64,000 nucleotides of DNA from Bacteroidales bacterium (GCA_963676175.2 CAXXWV010000003.1:9239-73238), one strand, 5' to 3'. Positions 49,107-58,892 are shown, counted from the stretch's first letter. Translations and numbers: made by a program. The notes: generated by a model from the letters alone, not told the origin.

Positions 49107-49130
49107 TTTGATTGTAGAATTGTTGTTTAA
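49107..49130 (+). repeat. TTGTAGAA-type repeat locus near the tRNA-proximal end of the element
   Basis: TTTGATTGTAGAATTGTTGT matches 42005-42024 with one mismatch. A second, partial copy follows 11 bp later (TTGTTTAA). Confidence 0.75.
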
Positions 49131-49147
49131 AACAGACCAATAAAAAA

Positions 49148-49183
49148 AGGCAATTAGCTGATTATTAACTGAATTGCCTTTTT
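49148..49183 (+). terminator. Intrinsic terminator at the element edge
   Basis: Perfect 8-bp stem AGGCAATT/AATTGCCT with a 16-nt loop, followed by TTTTT. Confidence 0.5.
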
Positions 49184-49188
49184 AAAAA

Positions 49189-49210
49189 GTGAACCTGGAG
49201 GGACTCGAAC
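49189..49210. repeat. att repeat within the intact tRNA-Arg 3' end
   Basis: Identical 18-mer to 41854-41871. It covers the discriminator, the 3' acceptor strand, the T stem and part of the T loop. Confidence 0.75.
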
Positions 49211-49263
49211 CCCCAACCTTCTGGTCCGTAGCCAGATGCTCTATCCAATTAAGCTACAGGTCC
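49190..49263 (-). tRNA. tRNA-Arg (anticodon ACG)
   Basis: Manual cloverleaf fold of the minus strand. Acceptor GGACCTG/CAGGTTC (one G-U), D stem GCTT/GAGC, anticodon stem TCTGG/CCAGA with loop CTACGGA, T stem GGGGG/CCCTC with loop TTCGAGT. 74 nt, no encoded CCA. Confidence 0.9.
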
Positions 49264-49385
49264 CTGTAATGCGAGTGCAAATATAGTATATTTTTAATTT
49301 GAGTTATATTAATTACCTTTATTTCACACCGGGAAATAAATCGATACATTGTATCGTTTTGATTATAAACATAAATCAAATTCTG

Positions 49386-52181
49386 ATGAAGAAAACAGTA
49401 TCCCTAATTTTAAAAATCTCGGCCGGATTAGTGGCTCTGATCGTGGTTCTACTTTTCATAATTCCGATACTTTTTAAAGATAAAATAAAAGTAAAGGTTG
49501 AACAGGCTATTAGCAGTTCGGTTAATGCCAGGGTGGAGTTCAGGGATTACAGTTTGAGCTTTTTCAGGCATTTTCCAAACCTGTCGTTTTCCCTTTCAAA
49601 TCTTACCGTTGCCGGTACCGGCGCATTTCAGAATGATACCCTTGCTGATGTGAAGAATTTCAGCCTGGTATTCGACCTTGCATCAGTATTTAAAAAAACT
49701 GGTTATGCGGTCAGATCGGTTTTGATTGATAAAGCAATAATCAATACCATTGTCCTGAAAGACGGAAAAGCGAACTGGGATATCGCAAAGGAATCTGAAC
49801 CTTCAGCACAACAGGCACAGACATCTTCTGATTCATCCCCGATGCATATAAAACTGAGCAAGGTGGTTATTTCCAACAGCAAGGTCCTGTATACTGATTT
49901 TGAATCGGACATGCAGGCTACTCTGGCTCAGCTGGACCTTGCTATTTCGGGTGACATGACAGGCGGGAAAACCGATCTGAAAATCGAAGGAAAGAGCGGT
50001 GAATTTACATACATAATGGAAAAAATGAAATATATCGACAGGGCAGTGGTAAATACAAAGATGGATCTGCTTGCCGATATTGACAGTATGAAATTCGTCT
50101 TCCGCGATAATTATCTTGCACTTAACGATCTGAAACTGAATTTTACCGGGACAGTTAAAATGCCGGGAGATGACATAACAACTGATCTGAGTTTCAAAAC
50201 TGTGCAGTCTTCTCTCGGATCCCTGCTTTCACTTATACCTGCAGTGTATATGAAGGATTACAATGATCTTAAAACGACAGGAAATTTCCAGTTGTCAGGG
50301 ACTGCAAAAGGAATATATAGTGATAAAGACAGCACGATGCCGGATGTTTCACTTGACCTCAATGTCACTGACGGTACCATAAATTATCCTTCGCTGCCTG
50401 ATCAGATTAAGAATATCAACATCCTTTCAAAAGTTTTTTTTGATGGAAAGGTTACCGACAGATCTTTGGTTAACGTCGAAAAATTCCATCTGGAATTTGC
50501 CGGAAATCCTTTTGATATGACACTCAGTCTGAAAACTCCGGTGAGTGATCCTGATTTTAATGCATCAATGACGGGAAAACTAGATCTTAAACCTCTGATG
50601 AAAGTTGTGGGGATGGACAGTATAAAGATTGCAGGTCTTATTGATATTCATGCTTCCATGGCCGGACGGATGTCGATGATCGAAAAACAACAGTACGAGA
50701 GTTTCAAGGCCTCTGGTACCATGGGAATTATGGACTTTTCTGTCGCAATGACCGGATACCCTGAGGTTAAGATCCCAAAAGCTGATTTTCAGTTTTCTCC
50801 TTCTTATGCTGCACTGAACAATGGGACAGTTAAGGTCGGCAAGAACAGCGATTTCGAACTTAACGGCCGGATTTCCGATTACCTGCCTTATGTATTCAGG
50901 AATAAGACTCTCAAAGGAACACTGTCTTCCCATTCATCAAATATCGATGTAACCGAACTCATGTCAGGAATGTCATCCTCTGGAACATCCACGAAAGATA
51001 CAGTTGCAGCTTCCCTTGTGAGGGTTCCTTCAAACATTGATTTTGAGCTTAACGCAGCAGCAGAAAAATTTGTGTACGGCAATATTAAGGGAACCAATGC
51101 CAAAGGAAGGATTATTGTAAGAGATGGCGTTCTAAGCCTCAAAGAGACTGGGATGGACATACTTTCAGGCAGAATGGTAATGAATGCTGATTATGATACG
51201 CGAGATTCTTTGAAACCATTCATGAAGGCTGATCTTGATATCAGCAATATCGCTATAAAGGAATCTTTCAATACTTTCAATACCGTAAAATCACTTGCTC
51301 CGGCTGCCAGGGGCATAGACGGAAATGTGAGCCTGAAAATGGGCTTCCAGAGCCTTCTTAAAAACGACTGGATGCCGGTGACGAATTCAATAGGAGGAGA
51401 GGGTAAGCTGAAATCCGATGAGATTACGCTTCTTGAGTCAGGTACTTTCGATAAAATCAAGGATGTTCTTAAGCTTGGGAATAACTATAGCAACAGGTTC
51501 AAAGATGTAAACGTCAGCTTCAGAATAGTCAACGGGCGTATTTATGTGAATCCTTTCGATATTCGCACCGGCAATCTTAAGATGAATATCAGCGGAGATC
51601 AGGGAATTGATCAGACAATAAACTATGTAGTAAAAACGGAGATGCCCAGGTCGGATCTTGGAGGGTCTGTAAATGCGCTTATCGACAACCTGGCTTCACA
51701 GGCTGCAGTATTTGGGATCAAATATAAACCGTCAGAGACTATAAAAGTCAACCTTAAAGTGACCGGAACTTTTTCCAAGCCAGTCGTTGCTCCGATTTTT
51801 GGAAAACAGGAATCTCAGGCATCACAGTCGGTAGTGCCGGCTGGTACCGATTACGCAAAAGAAAAAGCCAGGACCGAAGCTGAGAAGGAGGCTGCAAGGC
51901 TTATTAAGGAAGCTGGAGATAAGGCTGAGATCCTTAATGATGAAGCCGAAAAAACTGCAGATGCAATCCGTAAAGAAGCCGGTGAAAAAGCTAAAAAACT
52001 TGTTGATGACAGCGCTGGTAAAAGTCAGCTGGAAAAGCTGGCTGCCCAGAAAGCTGCAGATGCTCTTAAAAAGAACGCCGATAAAAAAGCTGACCAGCTT
52101 GTAAAGGAAGCAGACAACCAGGGGAAGAAGCTTATTGAGGAAGCGAGGAAGAAGGGGGATGAGCTGATAAAGAAAATCTGA
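49386..52181 (+). CDS. AsmA-family outer-membrane assembly protein with Lys/Ala/Glu-rich C-terminal tail
   Basis: Trimmed to the ATG at 49386 (MKKTVSLILKISAGLVALIVVLLFIIPILF, an N-terminal anchor). Long beta-rich body. The tail has repeated KEA..KA..L motifs. Confidence 0.7.
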   Translation: MKKTVSLILKISAGLVALIVVLLFIIPILFKDKIKVKVEQAISSSVNARVEFRDYSLSFFRHFPNLSFSLSNLTVAGTGAFQNDTLADVKNFSLVFDLASVFKKTGYAVRSVLIDKAIINTIVLKDGKANWDIAKESEPSAQQAQTSSDSSPMHIKLSKVVISNSKVLYTDFESDMQATLAQLDLAISGDMTGGKTDLKIEGKSGEFTYIMEKMKYIDRAVVNTKMDLLADIDSMKFVFRDNYLALNDLKLNFTGTVKMPGDDITTDLSFKTVQSSLGSLLSLIPAVYMKDYNDLKTTGNFQLSGTAKGIYSDKDSTMPDVSLDLNVTDGTINYPSLPDQIKNINILSKVFFDGKVTDRSLVNVEKFHLEFAGNPFDMTLSLKTPVSDPDFNASMTGKLDLKPLMKVVGMDSIKIAGLIDIHASMAGRMSMIEKQQYESFKASGTMGIMDFSVAMTGYPEVKIPKADFQFSPSYAALNNGTVKVGKNSDFELNGRISDYLPYVFRNKTLKGTLSSHSSNIDVTELMSGMSSSGTSTKDTVAASLVRVPSNIDFELNAAAEKFVYGNIKGTNAKGRIIVRDGVLSLKETGMDILSGRMVMNADYDTRDSLKPFMKADLDISNIAIKESFNTFNTVKSLAPAARGIDGNVSLKMGFQSLLKNDWMPVTNSIGGEGKLKSDEITLLESGTFDKIKDVLKLGNNYSNRFKDVNVSFRIVNGRIYVNPFDIRTGNLKMNISGDQGIDQTINYVVKTEMPRSDLGGSVNALIDNLASQAAVFGIKYKPSETIKVNLKVTGTFSKPVVAPIFGKQESQASQSVVPAGTDYAKEKARTEAEKEAARLIKEAGDKAEILNDEAEKTADAIRKEAGEKAKKLVDDSAGKSQLEKLAAQKAADALKKNADKKADQLVKEADNQGKKLIEEARKKGDELIKKI

Positions 52182-52191
52182 ACTTCAAAAT

Positions 52192-52224
52192 AAAAAGGGT
52201 GTCTGTATCAGGCACCCTTTTTTT
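52192..52224. terminator. Bidirectional intrinsic terminator between the AsmA-like gene and rplS
   Basis: 8-bp stem GGGTGTCT/AGGCACCC (one G-U) and a 5-nt loop, flanked by an A-run on the 5' side and a T-run on the 3' side. Confidence 0.55.
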
Positions 52225-52238
52225 ATAATCAATTCAAT

Positions 52239-52586
52239 TTAAAATTTCTTTTCACGAATACGTGCTTTCTTTCCAGTCAGATTACGGAGATAGAAAATCC
52301 TTGCCCTGCGAACTTTGCCATGTTTATTCACCTCGATCTTGTCAATAAAGGGTGATGCAACCGGAAAAATCCTTTCAACACCAATGTTTCCTGACATTTT
52401 TCTAACTGTAAAGGTTTCAGTATGTCCGGTACCGCTCCTCTGTATCACAACACCACGGAACTGCTGAATTCTTTCCTTGTTCCCTTCCTTGATCTTATAG
52501 TGGACAGTAATAGTGTCGCCGGCCGCGAATTTCGGGAATTCGTTATTAACCGCATATTCCTTCTCAACAATTGTCATTAAGTTCAT
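52239..52586 (-). CDS. rplS: 50S ribosomal protein L19
   Basis: 115 aa. [32 protein letters not shown]...FTVRK...GVERIFP..SP.I..IEV is the classic L19 sequence. Confidence 0.95.
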   Translation of the reverse strand: MNLMTIVEKEYAVNNEFPKFAAGDTITVHYKIKEGNKERIQQFRGVVIQRSGTGHTETFTVRKMSGNIGVERIFPVASPFIDKIEVNKHGKVRRARIFYLRNLTGKKARIREKKF

Positions 52587-52741
52587 CTCGCAAAGTATTT
52601 TGTGTTGTTTCCTGATCTGTTAAAAATCGGACGCAAATGTATGATAATATTTTATTTTCAACAACATATCGTCTCATTATTTTCTAACGATCTGACAGGA
52701 TGTATCAAACTATTGTAAAATAGATTCTTCCGGATAGGGTT

Positions 52742-54472
52742 CTAATGTCCTTTTTCCTTGGGCACAAGCAATTTGTCACCTGTATCCTCTATTACAGACT
52801 TCTTCCACAAGTCAGGATAACCAGGCCATTCAGGCATGGCAGGATTGCCATAATCATTTCTCAGGAATTTGCCATCCTTTTCCTTCTTGATGTTTCCGTC
52901 CATATATTTAACCAATAAGTATTCACTGAGTTTTTTCCATCTTGAAAAAGTATTGGCTGCGGATTTGAGTGAGCAATCGGTAATATATTGTCTTGCTGCC
53001 TTCTCATCAGTGGCGAAAAGCTTTTCAGCTTCTTTGTCCGATTTCTGAATTTCTGTTGCATAACCTGTTTCGAGCTCTTTCTGAACTTTAACTGCATCCT
53101 GGCTCATCCTGTCGTATCTGAGGTAGCAGAAATTTGCAACCTGATTGAAAATCCAGAAAGCTGATGTGGGCGAATAAGTGAGTAAATCGCCATTTCCAGT
53201 CTTGTAATTTTCAGGCACTTCAGTCATTCCGCAATAAAACGGTGTAAAAACAGTAGTTGCTGCATCATCAACTCCGAACCAGTAAACACCTCCAACAGGA
53301 TTTGGGAGCCAGTTGCGGCCCTCTGCAACAAAAACGAATCCGGTCTGCTGGGTGGCTGTCGCCCTTTCATTGACATATTCCTTCGCGTCGGAATCACCGG
53401 AGATCTTCCAACTCAGAGGCCTCCAGCGATATGGCAGCCCGAATGGTCCGGCTCCAACATCTTTTCTCATATCAAGCGCCGTTCCTTCAAAATGATCCCT
53501 CATAAAGTTCATGAGATCAAGATTGGTGAGCTTACGGTCAGGTTTGATCCACAGAGGCATCCTGTTCTTAAGATCATGACCGGAAGCATAACTGAAATAC
53601 TGATCCATATCCTTATTTACTGATTTGAAGAAGGACCATACCCTGGCCTCGCATGCCCTGGCTGATTCAAAAGAGATAGGGGCAAACGTATCGCAGAAGC
53701 TGAATTCTTCATTTTTTCCACTGAACAGGTTGTTCACGCGTGCTACATCAATGACATCCCAGGCATATATACATTCAACTGTCGGATCCATCAACCTCTT
53801 CCAATCCTTCGAAGTTATTGCCACGCTGTTCTTCTTGCCGGTTGCAAGCGGAAAAGTGCTTATCCTGGCATGGTTGGCATGACCGCAAACATATCCTTCA
53901 GGTATCCTTCTTGCTACCCAGGCAGCGCCTCTGCCGCTCTTGCCCTTGCCAACTATCTCGAAAATCCATACCTCATTGCCGTCAGCAATCGAGAATGATT
54001 CGCCTGAACTTGCATATCCGTATTCAGAAACAAGCTCAGAAATTGTTTTTATAGCCTCCCTGGCATTTTTTGACCTCTGAAGGGTTATGTAGATAAGGCT
54101 TCCGTAATCTATAATGGCTGTTGTGTCGGGCTGGAGGGGAGCGCCTCCGAATGTTGTCTCTCCTATGGCAAGCTGATGTTCATTCATATTTCCTATAACA
54201 GAATATGTGTGTGATACCTGTTTTATTTTTCCCATATATTTCCGGGTATCCCACTCGTATACATCCAGCATAGTTCCCTGGGGATAATCCTTTGCAGGCC
54301 AGAAATACAATTCCCCATACAAAACGTGTGAGTCAGCTGAATAACTAATTAATGTTGAACCTGTGGCTGATGCCCCCCTGGTGACAAGGAAGTTGGTACA
54401 GGCCTCCGATTTCTGGAAGGAAAGGACACCCGCAAACAGCATCATTGTGAAAACAGAAATAGCTCTTTTCAT
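52742..54472 (-). CDS. C69-family dipeptidase
   Basis: 576 aa. The signal peptide ends in the N-terminal nucleophile context EACTNFLVTRGASATGS. Confidence 0.85.
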   Translation of the reverse strand: MKRAISVFTMMLFAGVLSFQKSEACTNFLVTRGASATGSTLISYSADSHVLYGELYFWPAKDYPQGTMLDVYEWDTRKYMGKIKQVSHTYSVIGNMNEHQLAIGETTFGGAPLQPDTTAIIDYGSLIYITLQRSKNAREAIKTISELVSEYGYASSGESFSIADGNEVWIFEIVGKGKSGRGAAWVARRIPEGYVCGHANHARISTFPLATGKKNSVAITSKDWKRLMDPTVECIYAWDVIDVARVNNLFSGKNEEFSFCDTFAPISFESARACEARVWSFFKSVNKDMDQYFSYASGHDLKNRMPLWIKPDRKLTNLDLMNFMRDHFEGTALDMRKDVGAGPFGLPYRWRPLSWKISGDSDAKEYVNERATATQQTGFVFVAEGRNWLPNPVGGVYWFGVDDAATTVFTPFYCGMTEVPENYKTGNGDLLTYSPTSAFWIFNQVANFCYLRYDRMSQDAVKVQKELETGYATEIQKSDKEAEKLFATDEKAARQYITDCSLKSAANTFSRWKKLSEYLLVKYMDGNIKKEKDGKFLRNDYGNPAMPEWPGYPDLWKKSVIEDTGDKLLVPKEKGH

Positions 54473-54615
54473 AAGTTATTGACCAGATTAATTGATTGAT
54501 TTAAATATTTCAATGAAAGTAAAGTAAAATTCACCCAAAGATATCAGCTTTCGCAAAATCTCCAAAATTAAGGCTTTTCAGCCGCAGACTTTGAGAGGGC
54601 ATTACATTACGGTGA

Positions 54616-55362
54616 TCAGATTTCAGAGAGTATGCTCACTATCTTTCTGATTTTTTCTCCGTCAGCTACCTTTGTTAAGTATTCATCATAATCATCTGCC
54701 GCTCCCATTGTAATTCCTGCCATCCTGTGTATCATGCGGCTTTCAAGTTTTTTTCTGACAGACAGGTGAAATTCCTTTGCCCCTGAGGCCAGGGCAATCT
54801 CAGATATATTTTTCTCGGTTATGCCGCTTCCCGGCATGATGATGATTCGTTTTCCTGCTATCCCGACAAGTCTGGTGATCAGATCGATTCCCTGCGGGAC
54901 AGTGTTCTTCTGACCTGATGTAAGTATTCTTGATACACCGCAGCTGATTATATCCTCAAGTCCCTTAACCGGGTCGCTGCACATATCGAATGCCCTGTGA
55001 AATGTAACTGACATCGGCGCTGCAATCTGCACAAGTTCTTTAGTGACCGGAACGTCCACAAACCCGTCGTTCTTCAATATTCCTATGACAACACCATCGA
55101 CGCCGGCCTTTTTGCATAACGCGATATCCCGGCGCATGATTTCAATTTCCTCCGGAGAATATAAAAAATCGCCTCCTCTTGGCCTTATGATAACATTCAT
55201 ACCTATGCCGAGCTTTTCCCTCACAAGCATTATTGTTCCATATCCGGGAGTTGTACCCCCTTCAACCAGGTTGTCGCATAATTCAATCCTTGACGCTCCG
55301 GATTCTTGTGAAGTGAGTGCCGAGTGTATACTGTCGACACATATTTCCAGTTTAAAATCCAT
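54616..55362 (-). CDS. cutC: Copper homeostasis protein CutC family
   Basis: 248 aa. LEICVDS......GASRIELC..L.EGGTTPS/G-type N-terminus and TIM-barrel length. Confidence 0.8.
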   Translation of the reverse strand: MDFKLEICVDSIHSALTSQESGASRIELCDNLVEGGTTPGYGTIMLVREKLGIGMNVIIRPRGGDFLYSPEEIEIMRRDIALCKKAGVDGVVIGILKNDGFVDVPVTKELVQIAAPMSVTFHRAFDMCSDPVKGLEDIISCGVSRILTSGQKNTVPQGIDLITRLVGIAGKRIIIMPGSGITEKNISEIALASGAKEFHLSVRKKLESRMIHRMAGITMGAADDYDEYLTKVADGEKIRKIVSILSEI

Positions 55363-55509
55363 TTCTTTATGTTTTACAGCTCAGTTCCAAACCAGCTTTA
55401 ATGAAAATTTTATTACCGGCTTTAAATGTAATGAGATTTTAAGTATTATTGCAACCAGCAAATAAATCTAACCGGATAAATTTAGCCGGCAAATTTAAAC
55501 TTCAGGGAT

Positions 55510-56409
55510 ATGAAACCAACTCTTTTAGTACTGGCAGCAGGAATGGGAAGCCGTTACGGTGGAAATAAACAGCTTGATACCGTTGGACCTTCCGGTGAAA
55601 CAATTATTGATTATTCGATCTATGATGCAATCCGGGCAGGTTTCGGCAAAATTGTCTTTGTTATCAGAAGAGATATAGAAGATCAGGTAAAGGAACGTTT
55701 TGTTGAAAGACTCAAAGGGAAAATTGAAGTTAAATATGTCTTTCAGGAGATAACCAATCTTCCTGAAGGTGTCAAAGTTGCGCCTGACAGAGCTAAACCA
55801 TGGGGGACAAGCCATGCTATCCTTGTGACTTCGAAAGCAATTAGTGAGCCTTTCGGGGTTATTAATGCCGATGACTATTACGGAGTTGATTCATTCCGGA
55901 TTCTCAGGGATTTTCTTGTAAATGATACGGATTCAAATAGCTATTGCATTGTCGGTTACAAGATGAATAACACACTCTCTGAGCATGGTACCGTAAACAG
56001 AGGCGTATGCCGGGTAGATGCAAACGGATTTCTGAACGATATCGTTGAAACACGCGAAATAGCAAAAACCTCATTTGGAGCGCAGGCTCCCGGACCTGAC
56101 GGACAGCTCAGAAAGTTTACCGGAGAAGAAGTTGTTTCTATGAATCTTTGGGGTTTCAAGCCATCCTGTTATAACTTTCTGAACGAAGAATTCAGGAATT
56201 TTATCAATGAAAAGGGGATGGACCTTAAGTCTGAACTTGATATTCCCACATCTATTGATAAATTTGTAAAGAGCGGACAGGTCACTATCAAGATACTGAT
56301 GAGCAATGAACGCTGGTTCGGCGTTACTTACAGGGAAGACAAACCCTTTGTAGTTGAGAGTATCAAGGCAATGATCAGCAAAGGTATTTATCCATCAAGC
56401 ATTTACTAG
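55510..56409 (+). CDS. Sugar-phosphate nucleotidyltransferase family protein
   Basis: 299 aa with the N-terminal LAAGMGSRYGG signature. Confidence 0.65.
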   Translation: MKPTLLVLAAGMGSRYGGNKQLDTVGPSGETIIDYSIYDAIRAGFGKIVFVIRRDIEDQVKERFVERLKGKIEVKYVFQEITNLPEGVKVAPDRAKPWGTSHAILVTSKAISEPFGVINADDYYGVDSFRILRDFLVNDTDSNSYCIVGYKMNNTLSEHGTVNRGVCRVDANGFLNDIVETREIAKTSFGAQAPGPDGQLRKFTGEEVVSMNLWGFKPSCYNFLNEEFRNFINEKGMDLKSELDIPTSIDKFVKSGQVTIKILMSNERWFGVTYREDKPFVVESIKAMISKGIYPSSIY

Positions 56410-56418
56410 CAGGAAGGT

Positions 56419-58140
56419 TTACCAGGTAAAACTGCAATTGTAGTTGCTGATATTGTTTTTATTGTCGGCTACCCTCAGTGTAAGGTTATGCTTTGAACCT
56501 TGCTGTATCTTTTCAGGGTCGAAAGTATAGACAAGTATATTGTTCTTCTGGTCGTACTCGAAAAGAGCCCATTTGCCATCAATCAATGGTTCATAGTAGT
56601 TTATTCCGGAAAGATCATCCGTTATCCTGATCTTCATTTCCTTCCTGCCTGAAAGGTTTATACCCTGAGTCAGACCTTTTGGTGATATCTCGGGTGGTAT
56701 AGTGTCAATCCCTGCATAATAATTCCCGAATGACCGAATTTCTGCTGTAAGATAATCTCCGTCCCAGCCACTGTTTATGGCTGTTTTCTTCCATCCTTCA
56801 TCAAGCCTGATGATGAGCATCTTGGATTTCTTCCCGGGCAATATTGTATCCGGCTTTAATGTCAATGTTGCAGGCTTATGCAGGGGAGTATGTTCGTTAT
56901 GTAAACTGTGGAGAGAAGAGAGCATCCCTTTTGTACGGGCGGATTCCCTGTAGGTAAAGTAAATAGTATCATATAGCGCCCCTGACGGAATAGAAACACT
57001 GATCTTTTCAGTTTCGAAACTATTTGACTTGCTGTATGGCATCATATTGTTCTCTTCTTCAGATGGTTTCCTTGAAGCCGTGTTATCCATCGGCACCGAC
57101 CTGACCCTGAATGAAAGGACCGATCTGTTCCCATCAATATCAGAAACAATTATTTCAACAGTATGGACCCTGCTGTCATCGAATAGAAATACACCCTTGT
57201 TGACAAGGTTCTTATAGGTGCTGAGTCTGTCATTTGGTAAGACATACGTTCTCTCGATGAAGATGTGGTCCCTCTGATATGTTTCATAGTCGATGTGGCT
57301 GTTAATATATCTCGATTCATCGAATGAAAACGCATCCATCATATTCTTATACAATGGGATACTGTCAATGAGGAGCTCCGTTGAATACACTCCGCACCTG
57401 TTGGTTCCCTCATCTATCAGATCATAAGTCCTGATTCCAAAACCTGCTTCACCACTTATGCTTATCTCCGGGTCAGCTGCTATGGAATATTTCCCGTTTG
57501 ATCCTGTAACATTTACAAATCTTTTCCTGTTATGCGAATTGATAAGAGTATTCCTGTTAACCGGATAGATGGCCAGTTTTTCAATTACAGGTCTGATGTT
57601 ATCGACAGTCCCCAGTTCGAAAAACATGGGATTCACGGGGATCTCTGAATCGGATTTCCTGATCTCAAAATGAAGATGTGGACCTCCTGAGCTTCCTGAA
57701 TTGCCTGAATAAGCTATGACCTCGCCTTGTTTTACCTGGAAAAGATCAGTTGGCGGCATAAGAGTTATCAGAAAGCTTTTTTTCAGATATTGTTGTTCTT
57801 TAACATAGCTGTCGATCTCCTGACTAAATTTTCCCAGATGGCCGTAGACGGTGGAATAACCCGATGGATGACGAATATATAAGGCTTTTCCAAATCCTCC
57901 CGGAGACACTGTTATCCTATAAATATAGCCTGATGCTGCGGCAACCACTTCTTTCCCAGTTACACCCTGAGTTTTGATATCGAGACCAGAGTGAAAATGA
58001 TCTGACCTGAGTTCGCCGAAATCGGCTGACAGTGAAATGGGAATTTTAAGTGGCGCGATAAATGTGGTGTTGTTTTTTGCGGGTCTGTCGGAGAGGTTAA
58101 AAAGCAGCAGATTGAGAGCAAGTATCCTGATTATAAACAT
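56419..58140 (-). CDS. M23-family metallopeptidase
   Basis: 573 aa. HFHSGLDI and GGPHLHFEIR zinc-ligand motifs in the N-terminal third. Confidence 0.8.
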   Translation of the reverse strand: MFIIRILALNLLLFNLSDRPAKNNTTFIAPLKIPISLSADFGELRSDHFHSGLDIKTQGVTGKEVVAAASGYIYRITVSPGGFGKALYIRHPSGYSTVYGHLGKFSQEIDSYVKEQQYLKKSFLITLMPPTDLFQVKQGEVIAYSGNSGSSGGPHLHFEIRKSDSEIPVNPMFFELGTVDNIRPVIEKLAIYPVNRNTLINSHNRKRFVNVTGSNGKYSIAADPEISISGEAGFGIRTYDLIDEGTNRCGVYSTELLIDSIPLYKNMMDAFSFDESRYINSHIDYETYQRDHIFIERTYVLPNDRLSTYKNLVNKGVFLFDDSRVHTVEIIVSDIDGNRSVLSFRVRSVPMDNTASRKPSEEENNMMPYSKSNSFETEKISVSIPSGALYDTIYFTYRESARTKGMLSSLHSLHNEHTPLHKPATLTLKPDTILPGKKSKMLIIRLDEGWKKTAINSGWDGDYLTAEIRSFGNYYAGIDTIPPEISPKGLTQGINLSGRKEMKIRITDDLSGINYYEPLIDGKWALFEYDQKNNILVYTFDPEKIQQGSKHNLTLRVADNKNNISNYNCSFTW

Positions 58141-58263
58141 TTATCTTAATAATTTCATTTACAGAGGTGCAAAGCTATGCATATGCATCGTTTGTGCAAA
58201 CAATTTTTGTCAAATTTTTGATAATGTAATTAAGAGTATTAATTTTGTACTAAAGATGAAATT

Positions 58264-58557
58264 ATGACCGGTCGGGGTTTAGATGAGCTGATTGTTCTGA
58301 ACAGTAAACTGGATGAATTGTTAGCCCGTTACAATAACCTCCGAACCGAAGTTGCAGATCTTAAGAACGCTAATGAAGAATTAAGGGTAGTTCTTCGGGA
58401 GCGGGACAATAAAATAAAGGATTTAGAAAGCAGATACGAACGGGCAAAGTTATCAGGAGCATTACTGGGCGATGGCGAAAATGCAACAGAGGCGAAACGG
58501 AAAATTAATGAGTTGGTGCGGGAAATTGACAGATGTGTTGCTCTTTTAAACAGATAA
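58264..58557 (+). CDS. Small coiled-coil protein upstream of zapA
   Basis: 97 aa with heptad-rich sequence (LNSKLDELLARYNNLRTEVADLKNANEELR...). The function is inferred only from position. Confidence 0.45.
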   Translation: MTGRGLDELIVLNSKLDELLARYNNLRTEVADLKNANEELRVVLRERDNKIKDLESRYERAKLSGALLGDGENATEAKRKINELVREIDRCVALLNR

Positions 58558-58566
58558 GATATAACA

Positions 58567-58860
58567 ATGGATGACAAGTTTTCGATCAGAGTTAATGTCG
58601 CTGACAGGTATTATCCATTGAAGGTGGAACGGGATAACGAGGAGAAAATCAGGAAAGCTGCCAGGATGATAAATGAGAAAGTGTTGCAGTACAAACAAAG
58701 GTACACCGATAAGGATGTACAGGATTTCCTGGCGATGGCTGCACTACAGTATGTGATTAAACTCACCGAAGAAGAGGAGAAGCTGCAGAATGATAATCTT
58801 CCTGAATCCCTGAGAGAGCTGATAGGAAAAATCGATTCAGTTCTGGATGTAAAAGAGTAA
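58567..58860 (+). CDS. zapA: Cell division protein ZapA
   Basis: 97 aa. IRVNVADRYYPLKVERDNEEKIRKAARMINEKV matches the ZapA N-terminal pattern. Confidence 0.7.
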   Translation: MDDKFSIRVNVADRYYPLKVERDNEEKIRKAARMINEKVLQYKQRYTDKDVQDFLAMAALQYVIKLTEEEEKLQNDNLPESLRELIGKIDSVLDVKE

Positions 58861-58892
58861 TGACGTTCTTTAAAATAGTTTTAATTGTATTG

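Larger units (their letters stand above)
41854..49210. mobile_element. About 7.3-kb integrative element inserted in the 3' end of tRNA-Arg(ACG)
   Basis: It is bounded by the direct repeat above. It carries a tyrosine integrase, an excisionase-type HTH, an HNH/AP2 protein and many small orphan ORFs, all on one strand. The DNA is AT-rich relative to the core genes. Confidence 0.7.

Noticed and set aside
51830-52181. Lys/Ala/Glu-rich repeats at the C-terminus of the AsmA-like protein as a possible separate feature
   Set aside because: This is an in-frame continuation of the same ORF. Amphipathic K/A/E tails are common low-complexity extensions, and nothing suggests an independent element.
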